Assembly: GCA_965287045.1 (NCBI GenBank)
Contig: OZ336874.1
Span: forward strand, 60,884,001-60,948,000
DNA from: Carcharhinus amblyrhynchos
Taxonomy: Eukaryota
Reading direction: 5' to 3'
Length of the DNA stretch: 64,000 bases
Part shown: positions 11,888 to 24,222 of the stretch, piece by piece
Numbering within the stretch: the first letter of the stretch is position 1
Layout: each line of letters opens with the position of its first letter
Notes under the pieces: model-generated
Databases searched by the model: none
Seen by the model: only the letters and a program-made list of their open reading frames with translations
Told to the model about the DNA's origin: nothing
Program-made: the position numbers and the translations under genes

Positions 11888-12664
11888 GACATGCTGTGCT
11901 TGGATGAAGTCAATAGGTTACATTTCAGCTTCATTTGAAGCAATTTTTAAAAACAGATGAGTTCAAGCTTTGGAGGAGGAGCTATGCCTACTCCAATCAG
12001 CTTGGATCATGTAGATCAAGCCCAAGACAGGAGGTGAGAGCCCTGTCTTGTCAGCTTGGGTCGGGAATGTCTCAACTTGTTGACACTCTGAATTGGACTT
12101 GATTTGATTGAACTAGAATTAAAAACCATTAAGACATTGATGGTTGGATTTAGAAGAATAGGCCTTGGATTAGCCTTTGTCCTTCATTCATTCACGGAAT
12201 ATGAGCATTGCTAACCAGGCCAGCATCTGTTGTCCATCGCTACTTGCCCTGGAGAAAGTGGTTGGGAATCAAGAGATTTCTTTGCAAAAAGAGGGCATCT
12301 TGCCTTAATTCAACACCACTCATGAGCTTGAACCTAACATTCTGGCAAGTTACATAAAATGGTAACCACGTGTATAAAGTTAATTGACGGTTACACAGAA
12401 TGCATTTGCTTTGATGCTCATCGATGTGACACAGAATAACTGGCGAACACTTAAGTGATAATTTTGCAAAATTAACCTTTTAAATTTCAATTCACCTGGA
12501 ATAAGGTACTCAAATGTATAAATTTATTCTACCTCTTGACACTTTAAAATAGATTATATAGGCAAACACAGCTCTGAATAAAAGATTTCTCTTTTGGACT
12601 TCAGCGACACCAGTTATAGACTTGACTAAAGGACAACTACAAACTTGAATATTGCTAAAAAAAA

Positions 12665-13240
12665 ATTGCTGAAACTTTTGGGCTTGCATTCATCAGGGCA
12701 AATGCAAGAACGCCAATTTTCACAAAACGTTATACTTCAGGGGAAAAAATGGTGCCAAGCTGTTACAGTAAGAAGTCTCACAACACCAGGTTAAAGTCCA
12801 ACATGTTTATTTGGTAGCAAAAGCCACTAGCTTTCGGAGCACTAGTACCAAATAAACCTGTTGGAATTTAGCCTGGTGTTGAGGGACTTCTTACAGTGTT
12901 TACCCCAGTCCAAACCAGCATCTCCACATCATGGCCAAGTTGTTACACAGAGAAAGCAAAAGGAACTATAGGCTGCCCATGCTTCCGAATAATTCAAAAA
13001 AGAACAAGGCTTGAACATATTCCTTTTGCTTGCCGAGAAAGTCCCTGTGTACGAATGTGTGTTGTCTCTAGCATGTGTAAATAAGCCACATTAGGAGCTT
13101 TACTGATGATTTTAAATTGGTTTAGTGTAGTTATTAGCACTTTCAAGATTGTTCAGCGAGTGTTATCAAAACAGTAACCATATCTAACAATTGATATTTT
13201 TCTTCGAGTCTTACAAGTGCAGGCTCTCAAGGACAGTCTA
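12665..13240 (-). mobile_element. Degenerate Penelope-like element 3' part (GIY-YIG C-terminus plus terminal repeat)
   Basis: Minus strand gives ..NQFKIISKAPNVAYLHMLETTHIRTQG..; degenerate CTGATGA core at about 12690-12698. Confidence 0.55.
12768..12933. mobile_element. Palindromic non-autonomous Penelope terminal-repeat element with a 14-bp target-site duplication
   Basis: Arms gtaagaagtctcacaacaccagg...tttatttggta and taccaaataaa...cctggtgttgagggacttcttac, flanked by gccaagctgttaca (12754-12767) and gccaagttgttaca (12934-12947). The 3' end matches 38030-38103. Confidence 0.8.
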
Positions 13241-13291
13241 GATCCTACTTAATACAAGCAACAAAACTACAACAAGATGCATTTTGCTTAC

Positions 13292-13387
13292 TGGCACATG
13301 GTACAACGAGCAAATAGATTCCATCCAGTGTGGCTTCCACTGCTTGACCATAAAGATTCTTCCATGGTATCTTCAGTTCAAGTTTAG
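13292..13387 (-). CDS. VPS13A: VPS13A exon 4, 96 nt: (A)KLELKIPWKNLYGQAVEATLDGIYLLVVPCA
   Basis: ttttcttag|CTAAACTT...TGTGCCA|gtaag. Contains the conserved chorein-N motif IPWKNLY. Confidence 0.93.
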
Positions 13388-13514
13388 CTAAGAAAATAAT
13401 AATGTTGGTTAAATATAAATTAAAGTGGGCACGCAAAAATCCAGAAGTTTTGTCAGAATGATACAATACTGCTTGATCTTGAGACACTTCCTCATATGTC
13501 CCAGGTGAAGAATA

Positions 13515-14810
13515 TTTGTAAAGAAGACCCCATGAACTGACGTTACGCTTTGAAGATGTAACTAGTAGAGTTGACAAGGGGGAACCAGTTGATGTGGCAT
13601 ATTTGGACTTTCAGAAAGCGTTTGACAAAGTCCCACATAAGAGATTATCATGCAAGGTTAAAGCACATGGGATTGGGGGAAGTGTATTGAGATGGATAGA
13701 AAACTGGTTGGCAGAGAGGAAACAAAGAGCAAGAATTATTGGTTTTTTAAAAAATTGGTATGCAGTAACTAGAGAAGTGCCACAGGGATCGGCGCTGGGA
13801 CTGATCCAATGATTTGGATGAGGGAACAAAATGTAACATCTCAACATTTGCAGATGGTACCAGTTGGGTAGGAGGGTGAACCATGATGAGGATGTAGAAA
13901 TCCTTCAGCATGATCTGGACAGATTGAGTGAGTGGGCAAATCAATGGCAGATGCAGTATAATTTGGATAAACGTGAGGTTACTCACTTCATAAATAAAAG
14001 CAAAATAGCAGATTAATTACTACCTGAATGGCTGTAAATTGGGAGAGGGGAGTGTGCAGCAGGATCTGAGTGTCCTTAAGCACCAGTCGCTGAAGGTAAG
14101 CATGCAAATGTAGCAAGCCATAATGAAGGCAAATGGTATGTTGGCCTTCATTGTGGGAGGTTGAGTACAGGAACAGGGGTGTGTTGTTGCAATTAAACAG
14201 GGCCTTGGTGAAGCCACACCTAGAGTATTGTGTGCAGTTTTGGTCACCTTTTCTGAGGAAGGATGTTCTTGCTCTCAAGGAGTGTGGCAAAGGTTTACCA
14301 GGCTGATTCTGAGGATGGCGGGACTGACGTATGAGGAGGTTATAATTATTTTTGCTGGAGTTCAGACGAATGTTGGGGGGGGGGGGGGGGGGGGGGGGGT
14401 GGAAAGAGGAATCTCAGACTTATTAAATTCTAACAGGATTAGACAGGGTAGATGCAGGGAGGATGTTTGCAATTGGTTGGGGGGTGGGGTCATAGTCTGA
14501 GGGTTTGGGGTAGACCATTTAGGACATCATCTGGGACTTTGAGAGCTGTTTAATACTTTAGTTCTTCACCCAAAGACTGGTGAGCCTGTGGAATTCATTA
14601 CCACAGGAAGTAGTTGATGCCAAAACGTTGAATGTATTCAAGAAGTGGCTTGGTATAGCACTTGGGGCGAATGGGTTCAAAGGTTATGGAGAGGAAGCAA
14701 GATTAGGTTATTGAGTTTTGATGATTAGCCATGATTGTAATGAATAGTGGAGCAGGCTCAAAAGGATCAAATGTCCTCCTCCTACTCCTGTCTTCTATGT
14801 TTCTTTGTTA
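13515..14810 (+). mobile_element. Older CR1 LINE (RT to 3' UTR) with frameshifts
   Basis: YLDFQKAFDKVPH and VPQGSALG motifs; contains a G25 run at 14375-14399. Confidence 0.9.
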
Positions 14811-15309
14811 TGTTCTGCCTAATAGACTGCAATTTAGACCAATATGATCAGTGTAACAGAATTCTTTATGTGAAGTGGCCAATTTGACAACTGATTGAAA
14901 TGCAGATGCATTGTACATAGGTTTTAAGAGGGTGTTTGACAAGATGACTTACAGCAGAGTTTTTAAAAAAAAATTCAGGTATATGGTTAAAAAGAAAATC
15001 TAGCATGGGTAGAAATTTAGTTACAGGACAGGAATCAGCAAAACAGGAGTTGCTTGAGTTGGACAAGAAAGTTAGAAGTGTTTTACGTTAGTGGTGAGTG
15101 CCAGTCTACTTCTGTTCTCAGTATATAAAGATTTGGACTTGGGAATGGGGAGCACAATGTTGCAATTTGCTGATAACACAAAATTAGAAGTTGGAAAGCA
15201 GCAACAAAAAAAATGTAAAGACACAAGCAGACACAGACAACTTAGCAAAGTGAGCAGAAAATTCGCAGATGCAATTTGCTATGAAAGGTCATCAACCCTT
15301 TCCTCAAAA

Positions 15310-15955
15310 TAAACAAACACTAACCGCATCATCCATGCAAGCTACCATCTCATCTCCAACCCAGTTCCTTTCCTCTCCAAATGATTTTGTCGCCTCCTAA
15401 ATTTGTTCCCAAATTTGGTAGAACTCTTGTTTTGAATCCACCCCATCTGGTTTCCGTTCCTACTAAAGAATCAAACAGCTCTCAAAGTCACAGATGACAT
15501 CTAACATGACATGACGAAGAACTTTTCCTCCTGGTCTTTCTTGATCCGTCTTATCCCTCTGGCACAGTTGATCACAGCATCCCTCTTCAACACCTTTCCA
15601 TGCTCATCTGGTAGGATGGACTGCTCTCACTTTGTTCAATTTTTATATTACTATAACCAGAAAAATCACTTACAATTTATTTTCCTGCTCCCAAATAGTT
15701 CCCTTAATATTCTCCAAGGATCTATCCTTGGCCTTGTTTTATTTCTCATCTACAAGCTGCCCTTCAGTGACATCATTCAAAGGCGCAGCATTAGTTGTCG
15801 CATGTATGGTGCGAGCACCTCACTTTACTTCACCAACATTCATACTCCACCCATGTTGCTAAAATATCAAACTATTTATCCAATATTCAATATTGGATGA
15901 GCAGAACTTCCTCCAATTAAAAATAGTAATTTTTTCAGTCTCAATTCCAAATATG
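15310..15955 (+). mobile_element. Old L2-clade LINE, RT fragment (5' piece)
   Basis: LQGSILGLVLFLIYKLPFSDIIQRRSISCRMYG resembles L2 PQGSILGPLLFLIYMLPLGDII...HMYADD. Confidence 0.65.
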
Positions 15956-16504
15956 TTGGGCGGAACTTTATCATACTGCCACACCTGGTGCAAATGCTTG
16001 TAAACAGGAAAAATAGTGTGCAAACTGTTTGCAATCTATCTGGCCCCTTTCAAGTGGTGTGAACTGCATCACATCCAGAAAGTGTACAAAGCTTATTAGC
16101 AAAAAATTGTTTGGATTTGGATTTCAATATCATTGGTGAGCTTGGCATGTAATCATTCCCCCTCCCAGAAGATTCCCACTTCTCTGTGCCAATTAGTACA
16201 CGTCTTTAAAAGTGTGGTCAAGACACAGCAGGAGTGAAGGAGAGCTAGGAGGTGAGTGCTGCTGAGCACCAACCTCCAGGCTGCAGAGGGAGGTCAACTG
16301 CTGTCAAGGTTATGGAGGGGTTTGCATGGATGTGGGGATCCTTAGGTCAGAGGTCACCACTGGCTTAAGACTCATATGCGTGCATTTCCTTATGGTTGCT
16401 GTATGACATCTGAGGGGTAGCATATGAGGTCCAGTCCCCACACCACTAATGTTGCACTGGCTGTCATGCCTTTTGTCTGCTGGACAGACTCCGAGAATGG
16501 AGAG

Positions 16505-16640
16505 TCCATTCACCTGATGAAGAGGTTAACCTCGAAAGCTTGTGACTTTACTATCAAATAAATCGGTTGGACTTAAACCTGGTATTGTCAGACTTCTTAC
16601 TGTGTTTACCCCAGTCCAACGCCAGCATCTCCACATCATA
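16505..16640 (+). mobile_element. Solo Penelope terminal repeat with a minimal hammerhead ribozyme motif (16510-16545)
   Basis: tcac-CTGATGA-a-gagg(ttaa)cctc-GAAA-gctt-gtga; the remainder matches 38010-38103. Confidence 0.8.
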
Positions 16641-17367
16641 TCTGAGTCCTGCCAGAGCCTGAGTGGGCACCTCTGTAGCATCTTGAAGTCGTTGGGACAC
16701 AAGTGCATTCGAGGTCACAGTTGTCCTGTACACTCAGACAACCAACTACATCCACTTTAACATGGGCAAGGCCCAGTAGAATGCCCGGAATGCAGGATGC
16801 AGGGCACTATAGATGGCAAGCACTTCACTCTGCAGGTTCCATGGAATCAGGGAAACCCTTTATGAACCACAAGGGTTCCACTCCCTGAACATGCAGGTAG
16901 CCTGTGACCATCTGCTGCACATCATGCACATGTGCACACGCCAACCAGGTAGTGTGCACGACAGCTACATTTTGCAGAGATCAGACATCTCTGGGGTCTT
17001 TGCAGACCACCCCAGGCTGCTGGTCTGGCTCGTGGGGGAGGAGGGCTACCACGGAGTTCAAGGCTGATGACACCAATGTGGAGGCCTGAGACTGACGTGG
17101 AGACTTGTTATAATGAGGGCCATGCGGCCACCTGGTCTGTCATTGAACAGTGGGTCTCTTTCTTAAAAGTTATAGTTCCACTGCCTGGAGTGCTCCAGCA
17201 GTGCTCTCCAGCACAACCCTCAAAGGGTCTTCCATATCGTTGTGGTCTGCTGTGTGCTTCACAACCTGGTGCAGCAGTGAGAGGACATCCTAGAGGAGAA
17301 GGACTAGGCAGATGCCCAAGGATGTGGAGGAAAAGGACCAGGCCAAAGAGGAGCCACAAAATGTAGG

Positions 17368-17526
17368 ACATAAGAACATAAGAACTAGCACCCGTTGACC
17401 CCCACTCTCTGCCTCCTATTTGACAACCAATCCTCTATCCACGCTAACACCCTACCCCCAACTCCATGTCCCTCGACCTTCTGCAATAACCTCTTGTGAG
17501 GTACTTTGTCAAACACCTTCTGAAAA
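17368..17526 (-). mobile_element. Internally deleted young CR1 (RT piece fused directly to the tail)
   Basis: Tail acataagaacataagaactag joined to sequence matching about 28550-28687. Confidence 0.8.
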
Positions 17527-17639
17527 TGAAGATTACTGTCACTATGTACAAAAGGTAAATTGGGTACTTTGTGAAATATCTTTTGGTCACTGTGTCTTCT
17601 GAACTTGTTTAAATACTTTCAGGGTCAGAGGAAGAGGTG

Positions 17640-17932
17640 TGTGACAATCAGAGTCGTGCAGCACAGAAAACATCCTTCAGCCTACTGAGTCTGCACTGAC
17701 AATAACTACCACTAAAGTTGCGCTAATCCCATTTCCAATGGCACTTGTCCCATATCCCTGAACATTATGATATTTCAAGTGCTCATCCAAATACTTTTTA
17801 AAGGTTGTAAGGTTTCTGGTCTCCACAACCTTTCCAGACAGTGCACTCCAAATTCTCACCACCCTCTGAGTGAAATGTATTTTTCTCAAATCCGCTCTGA
17901 ATTTCCTGCCTCTTACTCAAAATCTATGCTCT
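17640..17932 (-). mobile_element. CR1-family 3' fragment
   Basis: ORF 17677-17889 FTQRVVRIWSALSGKVVE..TFKKYLD. Confidence 0.75.
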
Positions 17933-19319
17933 TCATACATAGGACAGGTGGTGGCAAGGGTCCAGTAGGTAAGGATGGTGAGGTTCACACACTAAAAGTG
18001 TGGTGTCCTGCATCTCCAACCCCCACCACCCAAATGCTTGTCCACACTCCCCACCAAGGGTCCCATTGACATCATACCAGGCTAATGGGCCTGGGTTGGC
18101 CGTGTTAGCTAGTTCCCTGTCCAGGCAAGAAAGTGATGATAACTCGCTATGTGACATGTTGTGATGCTGCCCTGGTGCAACAGAACACCTACCTGTTCTG
18201 GTCTGGTGAGTGCACACTGGCACCCAGGCCTGTGTCAGAGTAAAGGTAAAGGACACCACCATGCAGCCCACTGCCCCAGGAATGGGGTGAGAGATACCAG
18301 ACATGGCATCCAGTGAGTGATGAGGATGCCATCCCAGGCTGTCACTTCACACCTACACAACCTTCACTGCTGGGACTGCTCAGGGAGGCAGCAGGGACTG
18401 GAGCAGAGGAGCTTAGACTGCTGAATACTGCATCAGGGACCAATGACCTCATGGTGCTAACAACGTTTTCAGATGAGTGTTTTGAACATCGCAGCAACCA
18501 GGGGTCTGCCAGACATGCTGGGAACTGCAGACTTGATGGGCCAAAGGCCTTGTCTCAGATAGAACAACATTCTGAGCCACTATGGGTGCAACAGTGTTAC
18601 AAAACTCCCTGTGGAAGGTAGGTCACAAGCAGATGAGTCACAGCTGTGGGGTGCAATTACATTTAACCGTGATCATCTACAGAGCTAAATAACCTCTTTC
18701 TAATTACAGTGCCCACCTTCACCTATGCCCTCTTCATGACCCTACAACCTTTTAATATTGTGTTGCCTACTGCTATGTCTTGGTGACCCCTCAGGATGCA
18801 CATCAGAGGTGGAGGCAGTTAGCTGTGTTCTGCGCCCCATGGTCTGTGATGTCCTTGGGGCTGATATGTCACCTGCCTCTGCCAGTTCTGGAGGCCCAAC
18901 ATTCTCTGCACCATGGTCTGCGAGCCCTCAGCCTGGACCAAGCTTTGGAATCCCTCTGCAATTGCTCTCTGTGACCAGGCCAAGCTCTGGAGCCCCTCTG
19001 CAATTGCTTGCTGTGACTGAGCCATTTGTTCAAGACACACAGCCATGGCAAGACAGGGTGCACAGGCTGCCCGAACAAGACTGCTCTTTGTCTTATGGCA
19101 TTGATCACTAGTCTTTCACGTCAATGCGTACGCACCAACTGCCACAGCCACCACATCCCAGGCCCCGTTGTTGTTCTGACTCCTGGATCATCTGTCCTCT
19201 CGGGGATACAAGATGGCTCACCTCACCTCCAAGGTGTGGATCACTCATTCTCGCAGTTTTGGCATTTAGAAATTTTTTGGGAAAGTTCCACCCACTGACT
19301 TCCCTCTCCCTGGCATGAT

Positions 19320-20000
19320 TAAGCAATTCTGTTCACAAACTTGATATCACATTCGATCCAAAGATAATGTTTCAACCTAATTTTCCTGCCATCAGTAAGA
19401 CCACATCCATAACATTGCCCAACTTCACCCTAGCTTACCTGCTGCTGAAACCCTTATTTAAGTCTTTGTTACCTCTGGATTGAACTATTTTGCACTCCTG
19501 GTTGATTTCCCAAATTTTACCCACATTAAGCTGGACGTCATCCAAAGCTCAATTGCCCTGACAATATACGGAGTCCCCATCCCTCCCATCATCAGTATTC
19601 ACAGACCTACACTGGCTTGTAAAAAATAAGCATTTTGATTTTAAAAATCTCATCCTAGTTTTCAAATCCCACCATAATCTCATTCTTCTCTATCTCTGCA
19701 ATCTTCTCCAACCTGACAATCTTCAAGGGATATCTGCACTTCTCTAATTCTGGACACTTGTGCATCTCCAAATTTAACTGACTGTGCCTTCAGCTGCTTA
19801 GAATCCAAGCTCTGGAATACCCTTCCCACATCTCACTACCTTTCTTTCTTATCCAACTTTTCTTAAAGCCTACCTCTTTGACTAAGGCTTTTAAACCTAA
19901 TATCCCCTTATATGGTTCAAGGTTATATTTTGTTTCAGAATGCTTTTATGAAACATTTTTCAATCATTTCATTAGATTAATGGTGCTTTATAAATTCTTG
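19320..20000 (+). mobile_element. Old L2 LINE 3' piece, probably continuing 15310-15955
   Basis: Degenerate L2 C-terminal coding motifs (AAETLI..FVTS.L, LHWL, FKILILVFK, KLWNTLP). Confidence 0.55.
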
Positions 20001-20479
20001 TCATGGTGCGAAGTACAATAATTTGGGAGGCAAACCAAGGAATGGGATTATCCACTCAATGCCAATGAAGAACGTGCATCCAACTTTTCATTTGTCTCCA
20101 ATGTTGAAATACATAATTTCATGCAAGAATTATACAAGAATAAAAAACCCATAAGCTTTATAAATACAAGACAGAGTTCAAGAACAGAGGTGATAAGTTC
20201 AGACAAGGCAAGTAGTTGGGTTTCAGTTAAGAGCATTGAGTGCCCTATCGGTTGCTCCATGATAAAATACTTTGAAGTCAAAGAAAATATACAGCACAGA
20301 TTTACCAGAATGTTATTTGGGAAGATCAATTCTCGCATCATTTCCACTGGAGCAGAGAAGTCGATGAGGAGAACTAGCGTAAGTATTAAGGTTATGTCGC
20401 ATTTTGATGAAATAGAGAAAGATTAATTTCTTTTGATAGAAACTTAGTGATGAAGGATCATCAGTAGTTCATTAAATTC

Positions 20480-21395
20480 AATAATTTAGTGGATACAGTA
20501 TGGATTCTGCATAGTGGACAATGAAGAAAATGATCTCCAATTGCAACAGGATCTTGATCACTTGGGCCAATGGACTGACACATGGCAGATGGAGTTTTAA
20601 TTTGGACAAATTTGAGGTGATGCATTTTGTTAGATTGAACCAGGGCAGGACTTACTCAGTTAATTGTAGGGTGTTGGGGAGAATTACAGAACAAAGAGAT
20701 CTAGTGGTACATATTCATAGCTCCTTGAAAGTGGAGTCAAAGGTGGACAGGGGGGTGAAGAAGGCATTTGGCATACTTGGTTTCATCAGTCAGAACATCG
20801 AATACAGGAGTTGGAATGTCTTGTTGAAGTTGTACAAGACATTGGTAAGGCCATGCTTGGAATACTATTTGCAAGTCTGGTCACCCCATTATAGAAAGGA
20901 TATTACTAAACTAGAAAGAATGCAGAAAAGATTTACTCGGATGCTACCGGGACTTGATGGATTGAGTTATAAGGAGAGGCTGGATAGACTGGGGCTTTTT
21001 TTCCTCTGGAGCGTAGGAGGCTGAGGGGTGATCTTATAGACATCTATAAAATAATGAGGGGCTCAGATCAGTTAGATAGTTAATATCTTTTCCCAAGGGT
21101 AGGGGAATCTAAAATTAGAGGGCGTAGGTTTAAGGTGAGAGGGAGAGATACAAAATTGTCCGGGGGGAAATTTTTTCACACAGAGGGTGGTGAGTGTCTG
21201 GAACAAGCTGGTAGAGGTGGTTACAATTTTGTCCTTTAAAGCATTAAGATAGTTATATGGATACGATGGATATAGAGGGATACAGGCCAAATGCGCACAA
21301 TTGGGATTAGCTTAGGGATTTTTAAAAAAAATAGGTGGCGTGACAAGTTGGGCAGAAGGGCCTGTTTCCATGCTGTAAACCTCTTGACTCTATGA
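20480..21395 (+). mobile_element. CR1 LINE 3' portion, different subfamily (tail GACTCTATGA)
   Basis: ORF 20521-21024 LYKTLVRPCLEY..WSPHYRKDI..RFTRMLPGL. Confidence 0.9.
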
Positions 21396-23279
21396 TTAGT
21401 ATTTCAGGTGTGGTCTAACTAGTACATGTATAGTTTTAGCAAGACTTCCATATTTTTATACTCCATTCTGTTTGAAATAAAGGCCAACATTCCATTTGCC
21501 TTCCTCATTACCTGCTGAACATGCACTCTCCATATCCTAATTTTTATTTCAGATGTGAAAATTAGTCCCTGGCTCCAATGGGAACAGTCTTTATTCACAT
21601 CCATAGTCATTGTATCATTAAATTTTATTTGGTTGTGAAATTACTGCTGCAGCCAATTTGGTGCCTGCTGGGAAAGATGAGCTCAATTTCTAGATATAAA
21701 AGAAGGTTTCAGAAATGGAGATTGGAATGTGATGGTTGGTGGCAATAAGTAATAGAGAAGAAAAATAAGATTTAAATATATGGTCAGAAAACCTTGCTTT
21801 TTCCTATTCATAAAGTATACCTTAATGAAGGTACATAGGGAAAAATAGCTTTAATAATAAATCCTTCACAAAGCATAAAACAACGGCAAGGTTGCATGTC
21901 TGGATATTAGATAGACCTGAAATTAACTGAGGCCACAATGGAAAGTGAAAAATACATTGGGGAAGAAAACAACTAGGTTGCATTTTCATGGTATAGCTTT
22001 AAAGTTCTTTTCAAGGCTGGAAAGGCCACGTAGGTTTTTGAAAGATTTTGTATAGTGATTGGGATTGAGGAGTATATGTCTGCAACTAAACATATAATTT
22101 GCATACATTTTCACTGTTGAAGATAATACAATGCTAGGTACAAATGTTTTAGATATTGACTCCTTAAATGTAATTATATAAATGGCTTTAGCTTGGGTTG
22201 AGACACCGAAGATTAGTTGGGTTGTTGAACCTAATAACTTTTAATTTTGAATGTTGCAGAAAATTGGAGAGGTACTATGCAAGCCACTAATTTAGCTGTT
22301 TTTCGAGATCTGGACTCAGCCGAATTGATTGGTTAAACAGCTTAATGCATGAATGTATTCACTCGTACCAAACCCTATTCAATGTTATCTAGATTGAAAC
22401 ACAGGAACAGGAGTGGACCATTCAGCCCCTTGAACTTGTTCTCCATTGTTGTTATGACTGATCTACATCTTTTTGTTCTAAATCATATAAGTAAAGTTTC
22501 CTGTAATTCATTACTTATAGACTTGAATTAAATAATTAAACTATTGTATTTTGAAATTCGAGCTATGCTAAAGACTAATGATTCAAATAACCAAATAGTT
22601 TGAAAATTACAGACCATTCAAATATCTTTCACTTTTTTAAAAAAAATTGTTTTCAGTATTTTCTTTTACTTGCTCCTTAGTAGTCCTTAAAAGAGACTAG
22701 ATTGTTACTTCAAATTTTTAGTTGATTGTACTAATTTGTATTACTTGTTATTCTTGGGTATCTTGTTATATTCTATAACCTTTGCTGCTGGACACTTGTA
22801 ATTATCTTTTGGAAAATGATCAATTTGACAAAAAATATTTTTTTGGTAAAAGTGGGCAGTGGGTGGACCATCCAGGTTCTGGGGCTGCAATGTAAGTAAG
22901 AGAAGGAGACTTGAATGAGAGCTGAACGCTGTTGTGAAGCTTTAGTTATCTAATTCTAGACCAAGAAAATTCCTCAATGTGCCAAAATGAGAAAAATCAA
23001 GTAGACAAGGCCGAAAATGACCTTTGTTTTTTTAAAAAAATGAAGAGATTGAACCCCTTGCTGTTATTCATAAGAGAAGTTAGAATTCTGGTAGGTCGCT
23101 GGAGCTATTATGTCTATCTGTATAATAGTATTTAGCTCTTGGGAATTTTTAGAATTTGCAAGTTCATACTATTCAAATACAACCACAGGCATGACTAGTG
23201 GCCTTTTAAAACTAGCAGCTGCTCACATAATTGGAAATCTTATTAAATGCTCCCTTAAAGACATGACTGGGCACAACTC

Positions 23280-23772
23280 CAGAGAAGATTCACTAGGTTG
23301 ATTCCAAGTGTGGGAGAAGTTTCTTTTGAGGAGAGATCGAGCACATTTGTCATGTTGGGCCTGTATTCACTGGAATTCAGAAAAATAAGAGGTGACCTCA
23401 CTCAGACACATATAGGATTGTCAGAGGGCTTGACAGGGTAGATGCTGAGAGGTTGCTTCCCCGTGTGCGAAAGTCTAGGACCGGAGAAATCTCAGTAAAG
23501 GGTCACCTATTTAAGGCAGAAATGAAGAGGAACAACTTCTCTTAGAATGTAGTGAGTTTGTGGAATTCTTTACTGCAGAGGGTTGTAGCACCTGAGTCAT
23601 GAAGTATTTTCAAGGCCATGATGGCCTGATTTTTAATCAGCAAGGGAATCAAGAGTTATGGGGATAAAGCGGGAAAGCGGAGTTGAGGATAATTATATAT
23701 CAGTCATGATCTCATTTAATGGCGGAGCAGACAATGGGCTAAATGGCCTATTTCAGCTCCTACGTCTTATGG
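23280..23772 (+). mobile_element. Old CR1 3' end
   Basis: Degenerate LGLYSLEFRKIRGDL and VVSLWNSL plus a CR1-type 3' UTR. Confidence 0.8.
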
Positions 23773-24130
23773 AATAGGACAACATGGATATTTGAGAGTT
23801 GTGCAGGTCTAATGATTGACAAATGGCTTTTTTTTCCATGCTGTGAAATTCTACTTTTTCCTATAGAAATTAAATATCTCAGGAGTATTGCTCCTGCACA
23901 TATCCATTACTTTTGAACATGTGCAGTATGGAAGAAGTTCTTGCCAGCACTCAAACTACCTTCTCTCTACCATTTTAATCTTCTGAATAATGTAACACAC
24001 TTTAATTTCTGACCAATTATTGTTTCCTAATACAGGGTGATTTTGTTTTAGGTGCTGTCCTTGTGCTTCACGTAGGACAAATGCAGTGTTTGACACTTAG
24101 AAAAATTAGAAGTTTGTTTAAACACCAGGA

Positions 24131-24222
24131 TAGGAATTTTACTACCCCACCCGCCACAGGAATCGGAACAAGCAAGGGATGGACCATGCAAAGGTCCGTT
24201 AACCTTAGGTGGGATTTTACAT
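24131..24222. mobile_element. Short MITE-like family of about 100-130 bp, probably Harbinger-derived; other copies at 45161-45280 (reverse) and 46252-46361
   Basis: Shared ggaattttac..cccgcc..ggaatc...aggtcc.tt.acct..gg.ggga sequence in three places. Confidence 0.55.

Larger units (their letters stand above)
15957..19200 (+). mobile_element. PIF/Harbinger DNA transposon relic: transposase remnant (+, about 16650-17370) and a convergent second gene (-, about 17950-19200)
   Basis: NHKGFHSLNMQVACDH..PGSVHDSYIL..WLVGEEGY..YNEGHAATWSVIEQ..VCCVLHNL are HARBI1-type DDE motifs. Begins GGGCGGAACTTT. The opposite strand encodes heptad-like repeats (AIAEGLQSL/AIAEGFQSL). Confidence 0.75.

Noticed and set aside
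11848-12040. Functional U2 snRNA gene
   Set aside because: Similarity stops at nt 40; there is no stem II, Sm site or 3' stems, and the branch-recognition region has a substitution.
14375-14399. G25 run as a functional G-quadruplex
   Set aside because: A homopolymer expansion inside a decayed CR1; its length may also be a sequencing artefact.
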